From a bacterium (GTDB taxonomy: Bacteria > Patescibacteriota > Minisyncoccia > UBA6257 > JAGOQP01): a DNA stretch of 56,371 bases. The notes below the pieces were generated by a model. It had not been told where the DNA came from. It saw only the letters and a list, made by a program, of their open reading frames with translations, and did no database searches. Of this stretch, positions 8,782 to 18,152 are shown one piece after another. A program made the position numbers and the translations under genes. The stretch is taken from NCBI GenBank assembly GCA_021814445.1, contig JAKAIF010000001.1:6070-62440 (forward strand), read 5' to 3'. Each line of letters begins with the position of its first letter. Position 1 is the stretch's first letter.

Positions 8782-9078
8782 ATGAAAAAAGTTTATGTGT
8801 TGCTTGTTATTTCTGAAAATCCAATAATTCCGCCGACACATATGGACGGTGTCCAGCATTTTATCCATGAAGAGTTGGAGCTTGGATACAAGGATGGGCC
8901 TCATGGAGGATGGGTTATTGCTAAAAATGTTCCAGATCACGGGCGTACGGATACAGGCTTTTTTGTTTCAGCGGGTGGATCAACTGTCTCCGCAGTTGTT
9001 CTTAATTGGTTGAAAACCTTGCTGGGAGATACTTTTGGTTATATTCCGTTCCGCGATAAGAAACAACGACAAAGCTGA
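8782..9078 (+). CDS. hypothetical protein
   Basis: 98-aa ORF with aaaggtga SD-like sequence upstream and a stem-loop (gagctggg-taacc-cccagctc, 9101-9121) plus T-run downstream. Confidence 0.5.
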   Translation: MKKVYVLLVISENPIIPPTHMDGVQHFIHEELELGYKDGPHGGWVIAKNVPDHGRTDTGFFVSAGGSTVSAVVLNWLKTLLGDTFGYIPFRDKKQRQS

Positions 9079-9218
9079 ATTTCATCACGGAGGATTTATG
9101 GAGCTGGGTAACCCCCAGCTCTTTTATTATGTCAAACTTGCTTTTTGCCGCCACTTGTTTCAGAGTATAGGCAGTAATATTGAAATAAATTAATTAAAAA
9201 TAAATAGAGAGGTATATT

Positions 9219-10301
9219 TTGGATGCACAATACAAGGCAGATGAACGCTACCTCAATCCTCAGTCTATTAATGTTCTTCCTCAAATGAGGAGAACGTTTG
9301 AAAAGATTGATGAACTTGCAGATAGCATCTTTCGGAATGGATTAATTCATCCTGTTACCGTCGCAGAACTCAGTTTAGACGAGACTCGGAAGTATGTTGA
9401 AATTATTAATACGGTCCATGAGTCTCATGTTGTTGTTGAGGATCTTGTTTGTTCGGATGGCTTATATCTTATTCTTGTTTCTGGTGAGCGACGCATGCGC
9501 GCGTATAGATTATTGCATACACGTGCTATTAGTGGCTTTGATTTTATTCGGTCAACCGTTTGCCCTCGGATGAATTTGGAAGATCTTATTGACCTTCAGG
9601 GGAGCGAAAATACAAACGACCCCGTGAAGCCCGAGGAAGAAGCGATCTTTTATCACCGGTATTATAGGTTTCTCCACGAAACAAAAAGTGGTATTACGGT
9701 TGCTGAATTTGCCCGAAAAGTGGGGCGAAGCTCGCAGGTTGTTACCACTGCGTTGCGTTTTGCAAAGCTTCCACAATATATCCAAGATTGTGTGTTCAAT
9801 AGAACACTACAATATGGTATTGCGTGTGAACTTGCGCGCCTCCAAGCTGCGGGTATTGAGGGGGAACTACTAAAGGATTGGTTTATTCGGTCCGCTCTAC
9901 ATACTCAGAATGTTGAAGCATTTCGGACAACGGTCAAAAAATATCTCACTGATCTACACAGTGGACAAACTTCTCTTGTGGATATGTTTGTCACAGAGTC
10001 GGAATCAGAGATGAGAAGAGAACAGCGTCGGAGAAGTATTGAAAAGAATACCTCTGATATGTTCTATGCTTCAAATGCATACTTCCTTCGCCTTCTCTAT
10101 TTGTTTGATCAAAACCTCATAGGCTTGGAAGATTCTCCATTTTCTATGAGTGGTCCCTTGGGTGTTTTTGAAAAACAAATTGAGTTGCTTAAAAAACTCT
10201 TGCCTCATTTGGATGCCCTCCTTAATATCACTGAAGCGCAGGAGGTCATTACTGAATCAGAGCAGCGTATTAAAAAGTTACAGAAACGTATCCATGTATA
10301 A
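9219..10301 (+). CDS. ParB/Srx-fold (ParB-like nuclease domain) protein, orphan
   Basis: 360 aa, TTG start 7 nt after gagagg. N-terminal SINVLPQMRRTF and LILVSGERRMRAY (GERR box), followed by an HTH-like ITVAEFARKVGRSSQVV. Confidence 0.7.
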   Translation: MDAQYKADERYLNPQSINVLPQMRRTFEKIDELADSIFRNGLIHPVTVAELSLDETRKYVEIINTVHESHVVVEDLVCSDGLYLILVSGERRMRAYRLLHTRAISGFDFIRSTVCPRMNLEDLIDLQGSENTNDPVKPEEEAIFYHRYYRFLHETKSGITVAEFARKVGRSSQVVTTALRFAKLPQYIQDCVFNRTLQYGIACELARLQAAGIEGELLKDWFIRSALHTQNVEAFRTTVKKYLTDLHSGQTSLVDMFVTESESEMRREQRRRSIEKNTSDMFYASNAYFLRLLYLFDQNLIGLEDSPFSMSGPLGVFEKQIELLKKLLPHLDALLNITEAQEVITESEQRIKKLQKRIHV

Positions 10302-10331
10302 TTTATTTATTTTTTGTATAAAGTTATTTTT

Positions 10332-10353
10332 AAGCCCGTCTTATCGCGGGCTT
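10332..10353 (+). terminator. stem-loop after the ParB-like gene
   Basis: aagcccg-tcttatcg-cgggctt followed by ttc ttt. Confidence 0.55.
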
Positions 10354-10480
10354 TTCTTTGTGTGCTGTTTTTAATCGTTGTTCTCCTGTGGATATCTATA
10401 CCTTGCTATTTTTATATTTTTGTGTTTAAATACTAATTGCTCACTTACATATTTTTATAAATAAAAAGAAAGGATTATCT

Positions 10481-10762
10481 ATGAGATTCAAGAATATGGA
10501 AGAGATTCTTCCATTTGTTTTAAAAAAATCTTTCAATACCGCCTCGTCACCCTCTGTGGTCTCGGCGATAACCCCTCACGGAATTATAGTTGGTTTTAAG
10601 GACATGTTTCCGTGGAGAGGTGCTGATTTTGATATTGCTATTACCACCGATGAATCTGCAGGAGTTGATTCTCGGCAGTTTATAGACCCTCTTATCTCTG
10701 GAAAACGAGTTGCTCTTTTTCCAGAAAGATCAAGAAGCCCTTTTATTTGGTTTTTGTTGTAG
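10481..10762 (+). CDS. hypothetical protein (weak)
   Basis: 93-aa ORF with aaagg upstream. A gcgcgaaatttcgcg hairpin plus T-run follows at about 10793-10817. No motif recognised. Confidence 0.3.
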   Translation: MRFKNMEEILPFVLKKSFNTASSPSVVSAITPHGIIVGFKDMFPWRGADFDIAITTDESAGVDSRQFIDPLISGKRVALFPERSRSPFIWFLL

Positions 10763-10860
10763 AGGGGGATATCTCTACTCTGTTTCTATTTGAGCGCGAA
10801 ATTTCGCGTTCTTTTTTTATAAAACTTCACATTTTGCCCTTTTTTCGCTATCTTATAAGA

Positions 10861-13800
10861 ATGCTTCGAAACGTTAAATCATTCAATCTCCCTGAGATAG
10901 AGGAAAAAGTGCTTGCACTCTGGAAAGAGCGTGGAATTTTTAAAAAGTCTATCACTCCTGCAAAGGGTAAAAAGGTAAAGCGGTTCAATTTTTGGGAAGG
11001 CCCTCCAACTGCGAATGGACGCCCGGGGATACACCATGTTCTTGCGCGAGTTTTTAAAGATGTTTTTGTTCGCTATAAGACGATGCAAGGCTTTGTGGTA
11101 CCTCGTAAGGCGGGATGGGATACCCATGGACTCCCTGTAGAACTACAAGTTGAAAAACAATTAGAACTTTCTTCTAAAAAAGATATTGAGGCGTATGGTA
11201 TCTCTGCTTTCAATCAAAAGTGCAGAGAATCGGCTGGAGTACATAAGTCTGAGTTTGAAAAATTAACTGAGCGTATTGGATTTTGGTTAGACATGGAGAA
11301 CCCCTATGTGACCTATCATAATAATTATATTGAGTCCTTGTGGTGGATTATTAAACAAATGTCTCTCAAGGGACTTCTCTACGAAGGACATAAGGTGGTG
11401 CCGTGGTGTCCGCGCTGTGGTACTGCGCTCTCCTCTCATGAAATCGCGCAAGGATATAAAACCGTAACTGATAAATCGGTATATATTAAATTCAAAATTC
11501 AGAATTCAAAATTCAAAAGCTCAAATCCGAAACTCAAAATAGGTGAAAATACTTATATTTTATCGTGGACAACGACTCCGTGGACGTTACCGGGGAACGT
11601 GGCTCTCGCAGTTGGGGAACACATTCTATATGATGCAATTCGCGTTGAGGGGAAGTCAGAAGTATATATTCTTGCCTCAGATTTAGTGCGCGCTGTTTTT
11701 CCTCATGAGCGCATTGAAACAGTCCACAAACATATTTTAGGAAAGGATCTTGTGGGCTTTTCATATGAACCATTGTTCCATATCTCAGAATTTAAAAAAT
11801 CAGAGACGGCGTATAAAATATATGCGGCGGATTTTGTGACCACGACCGATGGCACGGGAGTGGTGCATACCGCGGTCATGTATGGAGAAGACGATTATGA
11901 ACTTGGAAAGAAAATAAGACTTCCGCAGTATCATACCGTAGATGAAGCGGGAAAATTTATTGTAGGCGTTCCTGATCTTGCGGGACGTTTTGTAAAAAGT
12001 GGAGAAACAGAAAAAATTATTTTTGAGCATTTGCAAAAACATAATGCGCTTCTCGCGATTGTTCCGTATGAGCATGAATATCCCTATTGTTGGCGCTGTG
12101 GTACCCCATTGTTGTATTACGCACGCACGTCATGGTTTGTGGAGATGACGAAGCTCAAGAAAAAATTACTTGCTTCAAATGAAGAGGTAAATTGGATTCC
12201 GAGTCATATTAAGCAAGGACGTTTCGGTGAATGGTTGAAAGACGTAAAAGATTGGAATTTTTCTCGTGAACGTTATTGGGGTACGCCGCTTCCCGTATGG
12301 CGTTGCTCACAGTGCGCGCATACCCAGGTTATTGGATCTAAAGAAGAGTTGATTGCCACACAACCAAAACATATTACGAATTTTATTCTCATGCGTCATG
12401 GAGGATCGCTTCATAACGTGAAACGTATTACGAATGGGGATGTAAAGAAAAGTCTTCAATACCCACTTACTAAAAAGGGGGAGTTAGAAGTGAAACGTAC
12501 AGCTAAAAAATTAGCTCAAAAAGGTATTGATGTTATTCTCTGTTCTGATTTTTATCGCACGCATCAAACAGCCCAAATCGTTTCAGGTGTTATTGGAACG
12601 AAAATAATTATTGATAAACGATTAAGAGAAATTTCTTTTGGAGAACTTGAAGGGCAGTCAATTGATAGATATAACGCTCTCTTCTCTGACTATGAGGCAA
12701 AATTTATGAAGGCTCCAGAGGGGGGCGAAACTCTTTCCTCTGTGGCTCAACGAATGAATGAATTTACTCAAGATATTTTGAAAACCTATAAAGGTAAAAC
12801 GGTGTTAATAATTAGTCATGAAGATGCCTTGTGGATGCTTGAAGCTGTTCTTTCTGGGCGAAGTCAGGAAGAAAGTATTGCATTAAAGAAACAAGCAGAT
12901 GGTGGTTTTATAAAAACGGCCCAAACTATGTCTCGGGAATTTGTTTCGTTTCCTCGTAATGAACAAGGATTGGGAGATATGCATCGCCCGTATATTGATG
13001 TGATTACTTTTCCATGCGCGCAGTGTTCTGCTCCTATGTATCGGGTGAAGGAGGTTGTTGATGTGTGGTTTGATTCTGGATCTATGCCGCTTGCTCAAAA
13101 TCATTGGCCATTTGAGCAAACTCAAAAATTAAATTCAAAACTACAGAAATTAGAAAACTTTCCAGCGGATTATATTTCTGAAGCGGTGGATCAAACGCGA
13201 GGGTGGTTTTATACCTTACTTGCGGTTGCAACGGCGTTAGATCTCCCTACTCCCTACAAGAATGTTATTTGTCTTGGGCTTATTCATGATAAGAATGGAC
13301 AAAAGATGTCTAAATCAAAAGGAAATATTGTTGATCCGTGGGCTCTGATACAAAAGTACGGAGTGGATTCTATCCGATGGTATTTTTATACCGTAAATGC
13401 GCCAGGGGATGCAAAGAATTTTGATGAAAATGAAGTTGCACAAGCGTTCCGTCGTACGCTTATGGTTATATATAACTCATTTGCATTTTTGAAAATGTAT
13501 GGAGCAGATAAACGAAATCTTGCTTCCGTGCCCGCATCAGCACATATATTAGACAAATGGATTTTAGCGCGTCTTGCTATTCTTACCCGTGATGTTTCTG
13601 CTGCCATGGATGCATATGATATTACGAGAGCAACGAGCGCGATAGAATTATTTATTGATGATCTCTCTCGATGGTATATTCGTCGTTCACGTCGCCGATT
13701 CCAAAAACCAGAGAATAGCAAAGAATTACAAGAGGCTTCTCAGGTGCTTGCCTATACTCTCTTGCAATTTTCGAAGGTGCTCGCTCCCTTCACCCCATTT

Positions 13801-14421
13801 TTTGCTGAAAGTATCTATCAATCACTCAAAAAAGATCATACTTTTGCTAAAAAAGATTCTGTTCATTTAGAATCATTTCCGCTGTATCCCGTGAAGGCGT
13901 CTGATGAGGGTGTGGTTTCGGTTATGTCGTGGGCACGCGATATTGCGAGTGGGGTGCTTGCAAAACGAGCAGAACTACAATTAAAAGTCCGCCAGCCTCT
14001 TGCACGGCTGACGATTCAGGGGAAAAAACCACGCGGATCGTTTGTACAAGATATTATTGATATTATTTGTGATGAGGTAAATGTAAAAGAAATTGTTTTT
14101 TCTGCAGATCTTGCGGGGGGCGAAAAATTTGTTCTTGATACTACTATTACGCCCGAGTTAAAGACAGAAGGACTTTTGAGAGAACTGACTCGCGCAATAC
14201 AAGAGCTGCGACAAGATGCGGGCTATGTGCCAAAAGATACTATTATCTTGGCACTTGAGAGCACCTCTGATATTGAGTCTTTGGTTCGCACTCATGAGGC
14301 GTTTATTAAAAAAGAAGTGGGCGCGCGTGTGCTGACGATTGGAAAGATGGAAAAGTTTGATGTGGAAGTTGACACAAAATTAGATGGAAAACGTTTGTGG
14401 ATGGGAGCAAGAAGGAAATAA
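10861..14421 (+). CDS. ileS: isoleucyl-tRNA synthetase (type 2) carrying an inserted histidine-phosphatase-like domain
   Basis: FWEGPPTANGRPGIHHVLAR (HIGH region), WTTTPWTLPGN, KMSKSKGN and the DMHRPYID...CAQCSAPMYRVKEVVDVWFDSGSMP zinc motif. The track ORF starts at 10747, but that extension crosses a terminator-like hairpin, so ATG 10861 (MLRNVKSFNLPEIEEKVLALW) is preferred. Confidence 0.95.
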   Translation: MLRNVKSFNLPEIEEKVLALWKERGIFKKSITPAKGKKVKRFNFWEGPPTANGRPGIHHVLARVFKDVFVRYKTMQGFVVPRKAGWDTHGLPVELQVEKQLELSSKKDIEAYGISAFNQKCRESAGVHKSEFEKLTERIGFWLDMENPYVTYHNNYIESLWWIIKQMSLKGLLYEGHKVVPWCPRCGTALSSHEIAQGYKTVTDKSVYIKFKIQNSKFKSSNPKLKIGENTYILSWTTTPWTLPGNVALAVGEHILYDAIRVEGKSEVYILASDLVRAVFPHERIETVHKHILGKDLVGFSYEPLFHISEFKKSETAYKIYAADFVTTTDGTGVVHTAVMYGEDDYELGKKIRLPQYHTVDEAGKFIVGVPDLAGRFVKSGETEKIIFEHLQKHNALLAIVPYEHEYPYCWRCGTPLLYYARTSWFVEMTKLKKKLLASNEEVNWIPSHIKQGRFGEWLKDVKDWNFSRERYWGTPLPVWRCSQCAHTQVIGSKEELIATQPKHITNFILMRHGGSLHNVKRITNGDVKKSLQYPLTKKGELEVKRTAKKLAQKGIDVILCSDFYRTHQTAQIVSGVIGTKIIIDKRLREISFGELEGQSIDRYNALFSDYEAKFMKAPEGGETLSSVAQRMNEFTQDILKTYKGKTVLIISHEDALWMLEAVLSGRSQEESIALKKQADGGFIKTAQTMSREFVSFPRNEQGLGDMHRPYIDVITFPCAQCSAPMYRVKEVVDVWFDSGSMPLAQNHWPFEQTQKLNSKLQKLENFPADYISEAVDQTRGWFYTLLAVATALDLPTPYKNVICLGLIHDKNGQKMSKSKGNIVDPWALIQKYGVDSIRWYFYTVNAPGDAKNFDENEVAQAFRRTLMVIYNSFAFLKMYGADKRNLASVPASAHILDKWILARLAILTRDVSAAMDAYDITRATSAIELFIDDLSRWYIRRSRRRFQKPENSKELQEASQVLAYTLLQFSKVLAPFTPFFAESIYQSLKKDHTFAKKDSVHLESFPLYPVKASDEGVVSVMSWARDIASGVLAKRAELQLKVRQPLARLTIQGKKPRGSFVQDIIDIICDEVNVKEIVFSADLAGGEKFVLDTTITPELKTEGLLRELTRAIQELRQDAGYVPKDTIILALESTSDIESLVRTHEAFIKKEVGARVLTIGKMEKFDVEVDTKLDGKRLWMGARRK

Positions 14422-14463
14422 TTATTTTGGGGAAACTACACTATTTCAATCCAATTTACAGAA

Positions 14464-14497
14464 GCCAAAGTTTTTGACGATCGTCAAAAACTTTGGC
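14464..14497. repeat. family 1 palindrome, copy 2 (likely ileS terminator)
   Basis: gccaaagtttttgacgatcgtcaaaaactttggc is identical to the core at 1836-1869. Confidence 0.9.
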
Positions 14498-14661
14498 CTT
14501 TTGAATTTATTTTAGACAAACTGAAAAGATAAGAAACAACCTCTGTGCTCGTCGGAAGATTTTTGTTTTTCATGTGCACTAAAGATTGCTTGCAGAAAAA
14601 AATAAAATACGTCATACTGTATCCATAATCCTTGTCTCGTGAGGAAACAGGGATACTATAG

Positions 14662-14689
14662 AAAAAAGAGTGCATTCGCACTCTTTTTT
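14662..14689. terminator. bidirectional stem-loop upstream of secD
   Basis: aaaaaagagtgc-attc-gcactctttttt. Confidence 0.65.
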
Positions 14690-14741
14690 CTTTTTGTGTT
14701 TCTGTTGATTTTTTGTTCTTTTGTGATATGTTATTTTTAAT

Positions 14742-16013
14742 ATGAATAAACGAAATGCAGGATGGCTACTTGCCATTGTTGGAATTATTACGGTGCTGGG
14801 GGTCTTTTTTGTATATCCCGCTCCGTGGTCACAGTCTATAAGTTCATGGTCTCCTTGGAAGTTGGGATTGGATCTTGTGGGAGGGTCTCACTTAACGTAT
14901 AAGATTGACACCTCTGCTATTCAGGGTACCGCAATCTCCGATACGCTTGCGGGACTTCGCGATGTCATTGAGAAACGCGTGAACACTTTTGGAGTAAAAG
15001 AACCACAGGTTGCCATTTCTCAATCAAATGGAGAACAATTTCTCGTGATTGATCTTGCGGGTATCTCTGATGTCAATGAAGCCATTAAACAAATTGGACA
15101 GACACCCTTTTTGGATTTTAGAACCATCGGCGCGACAAACGCATCAGGAACTCCCGAGTGGATCCCTACTGAATTAAAGGGGCAATATATTAAAGCGGCC
15201 TCTCTTTCATTTAGTCAGCAAACCTCACAACCTCAAGTGCAGCTACAGTTTACGAGCGAGGGTGGAGATTTATTTGCGAAATTGACTGAGCAAAATATTG
15301 GAAAGCAGATTGGAATTTTCGTGGATAATAATTTAATTAGCGCGCCTGTGGTGAATGAAAAAATTCCTTCCGGGAACGCAGTTATTAATGGAAAGTTTAC
15401 TATTGATGAAGCTAAATCACTTGCGCAAAACATAAATGCGGGAGCATTGCCAGCGCCTATTACCCTTATCAATCAGCAAACCGTGGGGGCAAGTTTGGGT
15501 ATTGATTCATTAAATCGTTCCTTATTTGCGGGACTTATTGGAACAATTCTCGTGATGTTATTCATGGTGTTCTATTATCATTGGCGTGGATTTCTCGCGT
15601 GTATTGCATTAGTTATCTATATTGTGATTTCTCTTACCATCTTTAAATTATTTGTGACGATGTCATTGGCGGGTATCGCTGGGTTCCTTCTTTCTATCGG
15701 TATGGCAGTTGATGCGAATGTGCTTATCTTTGAACGCACCAAAGAAGAATTGCGCAGGGGATTGGATCCAACCGCCGCGATGCGTGAAGGATTTCGTCGT
15801 GCGTGGTCAGCCATTCGCGATTCAAATGTGAGTACTATTATTACGACACTTATTCTTTTCAACTTAACCTCTGGATTTGTGAAAGGACTCGCGCTTACGT
15901 TATTACTCGGAGTATTAGTGAGCATGTTTACCGCAATCACGGTCACTCGAAGTCTTATGACGCTCTTTTCAAGAAACGTGTCGACATCTCGTAATATAAA
16001 TAAAGCACAATAA
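14742..16013 (+). CDS. secD: protein translocase subunit SecD
   Basis: 423 aa. N-terminal TM, periplasmic domain, C-terminal six-TM block with GIAGFLLSIGMAVDANVLIFER. Followed 4 nt later by secF. Confidence 0.9.
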   Translation: MNKRNAGWLLAIVGIITVLGVFFVYPAPWSQSISSWSPWKLGLDLVGGSHLTYKIDTSAIQGTAISDTLAGLRDVIEKRVNTFGVKEPQVAISQSNGEQFLVIDLAGISDVNEAIKQIGQTPFLDFRTIGATNASGTPEWIPTELKGQYIKAASLSFSQQTSQPQVQLQFTSEGGDLFAKLTEQNIGKQIGIFVDNNLISAPVVNEKIPSGNAVINGKFTIDEAKSLAQNINAGALPAPITLINQQTVGASLGIDSLNRSLFAGLIGTILVMLFMVFYYHWRGFLACIALVIYIVISLTIFKLFVTMSLAGIAGFLLSIGMAVDANVLIFERTKEELRRGLDPTAAMREGFRRAWSAIRDSNVSTIITTLILFNLTSGFVKGLALTLLLGVLVSMFTAITVTRSLMTLFSRNVSTSRNINKAQ

Positions 16014-16017
16014 TACT

Positions 16018-16926
16018 ATGAACATTATTCGTTATAGAGGAATTTTTCTTTCTGTGTCGGCTCTCTTGGTTTTCGCAAGTATTGCTTGTTTATTGATTTT
16101 TGGATTTCGTCCTGCGATTGATTTTACCGGGGGAACGTTGTGGCAGGTACGCATCAGCAATCAATCACAAGCGGTGAGTGAACAAGGCATCCGCGACGTG
16201 CTTGCGAACACGGGGGGCGTAGAAAGCCCTGTGGTATATAAAGAACTTACTTCTGATTCGTTTTTGATAAAAACACAACCATTGAGTGAAGCGGATCATC
16301 AACGACTTTCTGGAGTTTTAAAAAATTCATTTTCTTCTGTTGAAGAGATGCAGTTTCAATCTATTGGTCCTACGATAGGGGAGCAGTTACGCTCTCGCGC
16401 CATCTGGGCGGGTATTCTTGTTCTCTTGGGTATCTCATTATATATCGCGTTTTCATTTCGTAAGATCTCTCATCCTGTTGCTTCATGGAAATATGGTATT
16501 GCAACGTTGATTGCATTATTTCATGATGCCATTATCCCTATGGGAATCTTGGCTATATTGGGAAAAACACATGGTATTGAAATTGATACAAACTTTGTGG
16601 TGGCAATTCTCGTGATCATTGGATTTTCGGTGCATGATACCATTGTGGTGTTTGATCGTATCCGCGAAAATCTCTTAGTGCATCGCGCAGGGAAGCAACC
16701 ATTTGATTTCACCGTAAACGAAAGTATTGTGCAAACCATGGCACGCTCTATTAATACTTCGTTAACGCTTGTTCTCATGTTGGTAGCCCTCCTTATCTTT
16801 GGACCAGCTAATTTGCGCGTATTTACTGGGGTTTTGCTTGTGGGTACTATCTTTGGAACCTACTCTTCTATCTTCATTGCGAGCCCCCTCTTGACTCTTT
16901 GGCATAAGTTTGATATAAAGAAATAG
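16018..16926 (+). CDS. secF: protein translocase subunit SecF
   Basis: 302 aa, IDFTGGT motif, FHDAIIPMGILA, GFSVHDTIVVFDRIREN. Confidence 0.9.
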   Translation: MNIIRYRGIFLSVSALLVFASIACLLIFGFRPAIDFTGGTLWQVRISNQSQAVSEQGIRDVLANTGGVESPVVYKELTSDSFLIKTQPLSEADHQRLSGVLKNSFSSVEEMQFQSIGPTIGEQLRSRAIWAGILVLLGISLYIAFSFRKISHPVASWKYGIATLIALFHDAIIPMGILAILGKTHGIEIDTNFVVAILVIIGFSVHDTIVVFDRIRENLLVHRAGKQPFDFTVNESIVQTMARSINTSLTLVLMLVALLIFGPANLRVFTGVLLVGTIFGTYSSIFIASPLLTLWHKFDIKK

Positions 16927-17013
16927 TCAAAACCTTGCAGGATACCCCGATAATGTGGTATACTATATGAACGGTATTGGTGATTATTATATATACTAAA
17001 CGTATTCAAAATT

Positions 17014-18042
17014 ATGACACTCAAAGTTTTATTAGATACAATTGTTTCTTCTCTTCCGAAGCGCCAAAAAGATATTGTGGTGCAGCGGTTTGGGTTGGGA
17101 TCAAATCAAGTACGCACGCTTGCGTATTTGGGAGAAAAATATGGCATTACTCGTGAACGGGTTCGCCAAATTGAGGCTGCGTCATTACGCACCTTATTAA
17201 AGGCAGCTCAAGAACAAAAAGAGATTCAAGATATTCTTAAAAAATCTTTGAGTCATATTACCTTATTAGGAGGCACGCGTCGCGCCGATTTTTTGGTTGA
17301 TGACTTGAGACTTGTTTTACAAGATAAAACGATTAGTGGTTCTTATATCACTTTACTGTTTTCTCTTTTTAAATCACCGCTCTATTTTCCTGAAACTGAT
17401 GAGTTATATGCGTTTTGGTATACCGATACAACTGCTTTGAAGGATGTGAAATCTTTTATACAAAAGATGGCACTCTTTCTTAAAAATAAAAAAGAAGCTC
17501 TTATTGAACGGAATGAATTTGATACCTTGTTTGCGCAAGTGACCAAACAACACAATGTGAAAGAATTTATTGCGTTAAACTTTCTCTTAAATTCAAAAGA
17601 ATTTCGTGTAAACCCCTATGGTAATTTTGGATTAACGAAGTGGCCCGAAATAACTCCAACCACGATTCGTGATAAAGCCTATCTTGTCTTAAAGAAGCGA
17701 AAGGCCCCCATGCATTTTCGTGAAATAGCTCAAGAAATTAATAAAGTGAAATTTGATGCAAAGAAAGCGCACCCACAAACCGTGCACAATGAACTTATTA
17801 AAGCGAGTGATCGTTTTGTGCTTGTGGGACGGGGATTATATTCTTTGCGTGAATTTGGTATTGAACCAGGAAATACGCGAGATGTCTTATTGCGTCTTTT
17901 GAAGAAGAATGGCCCTATGGGACTTGATAAATTAGTACAGCTGGTTTCACGTGAACGGGTGCTCAAACACAACACCATCTTTCTTAACTTACAAAATAAA
18001 AAGTTTTTCAAGAAAAATAACGGAAACTATCATCTTGCATAA
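17014..18042 (+). CDS. sigma-70 region-4-like HTH plus C-terminal HARE-HTH domain protein
   Basis: The N-terminus QKDIVVQRFGL...TLAYLGEKYGITRERVRQIEAASLRTL resembles sigma region 4. The C-terminus APMHFREIAQEI...PQTVHNELIKASDRFVLVGRGLYSLREFG resembles the HARE-HTH of the RNAP delta subunit. Confidence 0.65.
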   Translation: MTLKVLLDTIVSSLPKRQKDIVVQRFGLGSNQVRTLAYLGEKYGITRERVRQIEAASLRTLLKAAQEQKEIQDILKKSLSHITLLGGTRRADFLVDDLRLVLQDKTISGSYITLLFSLFKSPLYFPETDELYAFWYTDTTALKDVKSFIQKMALFLKNKKEALIERNEFDTLFAQVTKQHNVKEFIALNFLLNSKEFRVNPYGNFGLTKWPEITPTTIRDKAYLVLKKRKAPMHFREIAQEINKVKFDAKKAHPQTVHNELIKASDRFVLVGRGLYSLREFGIEPGNTRDVLLRLLKKNGPMGLDKLVQLVSRERVLKHNTIFLNLQNKKFFKKNNGNYHLA

Positions 18043-18152
18043 AGATGCTTGTGGCGCTCTCTTCTTTGAGTCTGCTCTGTTTATGGGGTGATATTTTGGT
18101 ATAAAAATGATAGTATTATCTTAATACGAATAATAAAGCTTATAGTACCAGC

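Noticed and set aside
10747-10860. N-terminal 38-aa extension of the ileS ORF given in the track
   Set aside because: The extension overlaps the preceding ORF and runs through a terminator-like hairpin plus T-run and a promoter-like sequence. The conserved IleRS N-terminus begins at the ATG at 10861.
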